Origin: Escherichia coli
GTDB lineage: Bacteria; Pseudomonadota; Gammaproteobacteria; Enterobacterales; Enterobacteriaceae
Length of the DNA: 30,915 nucleotides
Assembly: GCF_003334335.1 (NCBI RefSeq)
Contig: NZ_QOWQ01000048.1
Direction: 5' to 3' (one strand)
A program made the position numbers and the translations under genes. Shown one piece after another: positions 30,633-30,915 of this stretch; within the stretch, counting starts at the first letter, position 1; every line of letters begins with the position of its first letter. The notes beneath the pieces were generated by a model. The model made no database searches, was not told the DNA's origin, and saw only the letters and a list, made by a program, of their open reading frames with translations.

Positions 30633-30708
30633 TGGTGGGTCGTGCAGGATTCGAACCTGCGACCAATTGATTAAAAGTCAACTGCTCTACCAACTGAGCT
30701 AACGACCC
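30633..30708 (-). tRNA. lysQ: tRNA-Lys (anticodon UUU), with encoded CCA
   Basis: The reverse complement reads GGGTCGTTAGCTCAGTTGGTAGAGCAGTTGACTTTTAATCAATTGGTCGCAGGTTCGAATCCTGCACGACCCACCA. The lysQ name is assigned by position and is tentative. Confidence 0.93.
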
Positions 30709-30840
30709 CTTGCGGGATTATGCTGCCTTAATCATTCAGGATGGTGGGTCGTGCAGGATGACTCGACTTCGTCTCGCCCTTCGGGCCGTTGCTAACGCAA
30801 CGTTATCCTTCACGTTCTCTACCAGTAACCACCTTTAAAT

Positions 30841-30915
30841 TGGTGGGTCGTGCAGGATTCGAACCTGCGACCAATTGATTAAAAGTCAACTGCTCTACCA
30901 ACTGAGCTAACGACC
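30841..30915 (-). tRNA. lysZ: tRNA-Lys (UUU), second copy, missing its first 5' nucleotide at the window edge
   Basis: Identical to the 30633..30708 copy over 75 nt. The gene name is tentative. Confidence 0.9.

Overview
The window is an Escherichia coli chromosomal segment in reverse orientation relative to the usual K-12 map, running ybhC–ybhJIH–ybhD–pgl–ybhA–modCBA–acrZ–modEF–galETKM–gpmA–aroG–ybgS–zitB–pnuC–nadA–tRNA-Lys, joined at its left side (about 1..5113) to the int-proximal end of a lambdoid prophage integrated at attB(lambda). The prophage part reads exo (3' fragment), orf60a-like, orf63-like, a TraR-like zinc finger, an ea22-like ORF, then xis, int and attL with the 15-bp core at 5099..5113. 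Int and Xis look essentially lambda-like (recognised from memory, not from a search). The most interesting stretch is about 1630..3550, between the ea22-like ORF and xis: an AT-rich accessory block that includes two unidentified genes, a 204-aa signal-peptide protein and a 142-aa cytoplasmic protein, each with its own Shine-Dalgarno sequence and terminator. Two ORFs in the prophage arm (the ea22-like ORF and a Cys-rich ORF at 2674..3012) each contain a single in-frame TGA. The host part is ordinary core genome with recognisable regulatory sites (galOE/OI, TyrR, Fur, ModE and NadR boxes), REP/BIME and ERIC repeats, and no CRISPR array or IS element. All identifications rest on reading the sequence and the ORF track; no database search was run.
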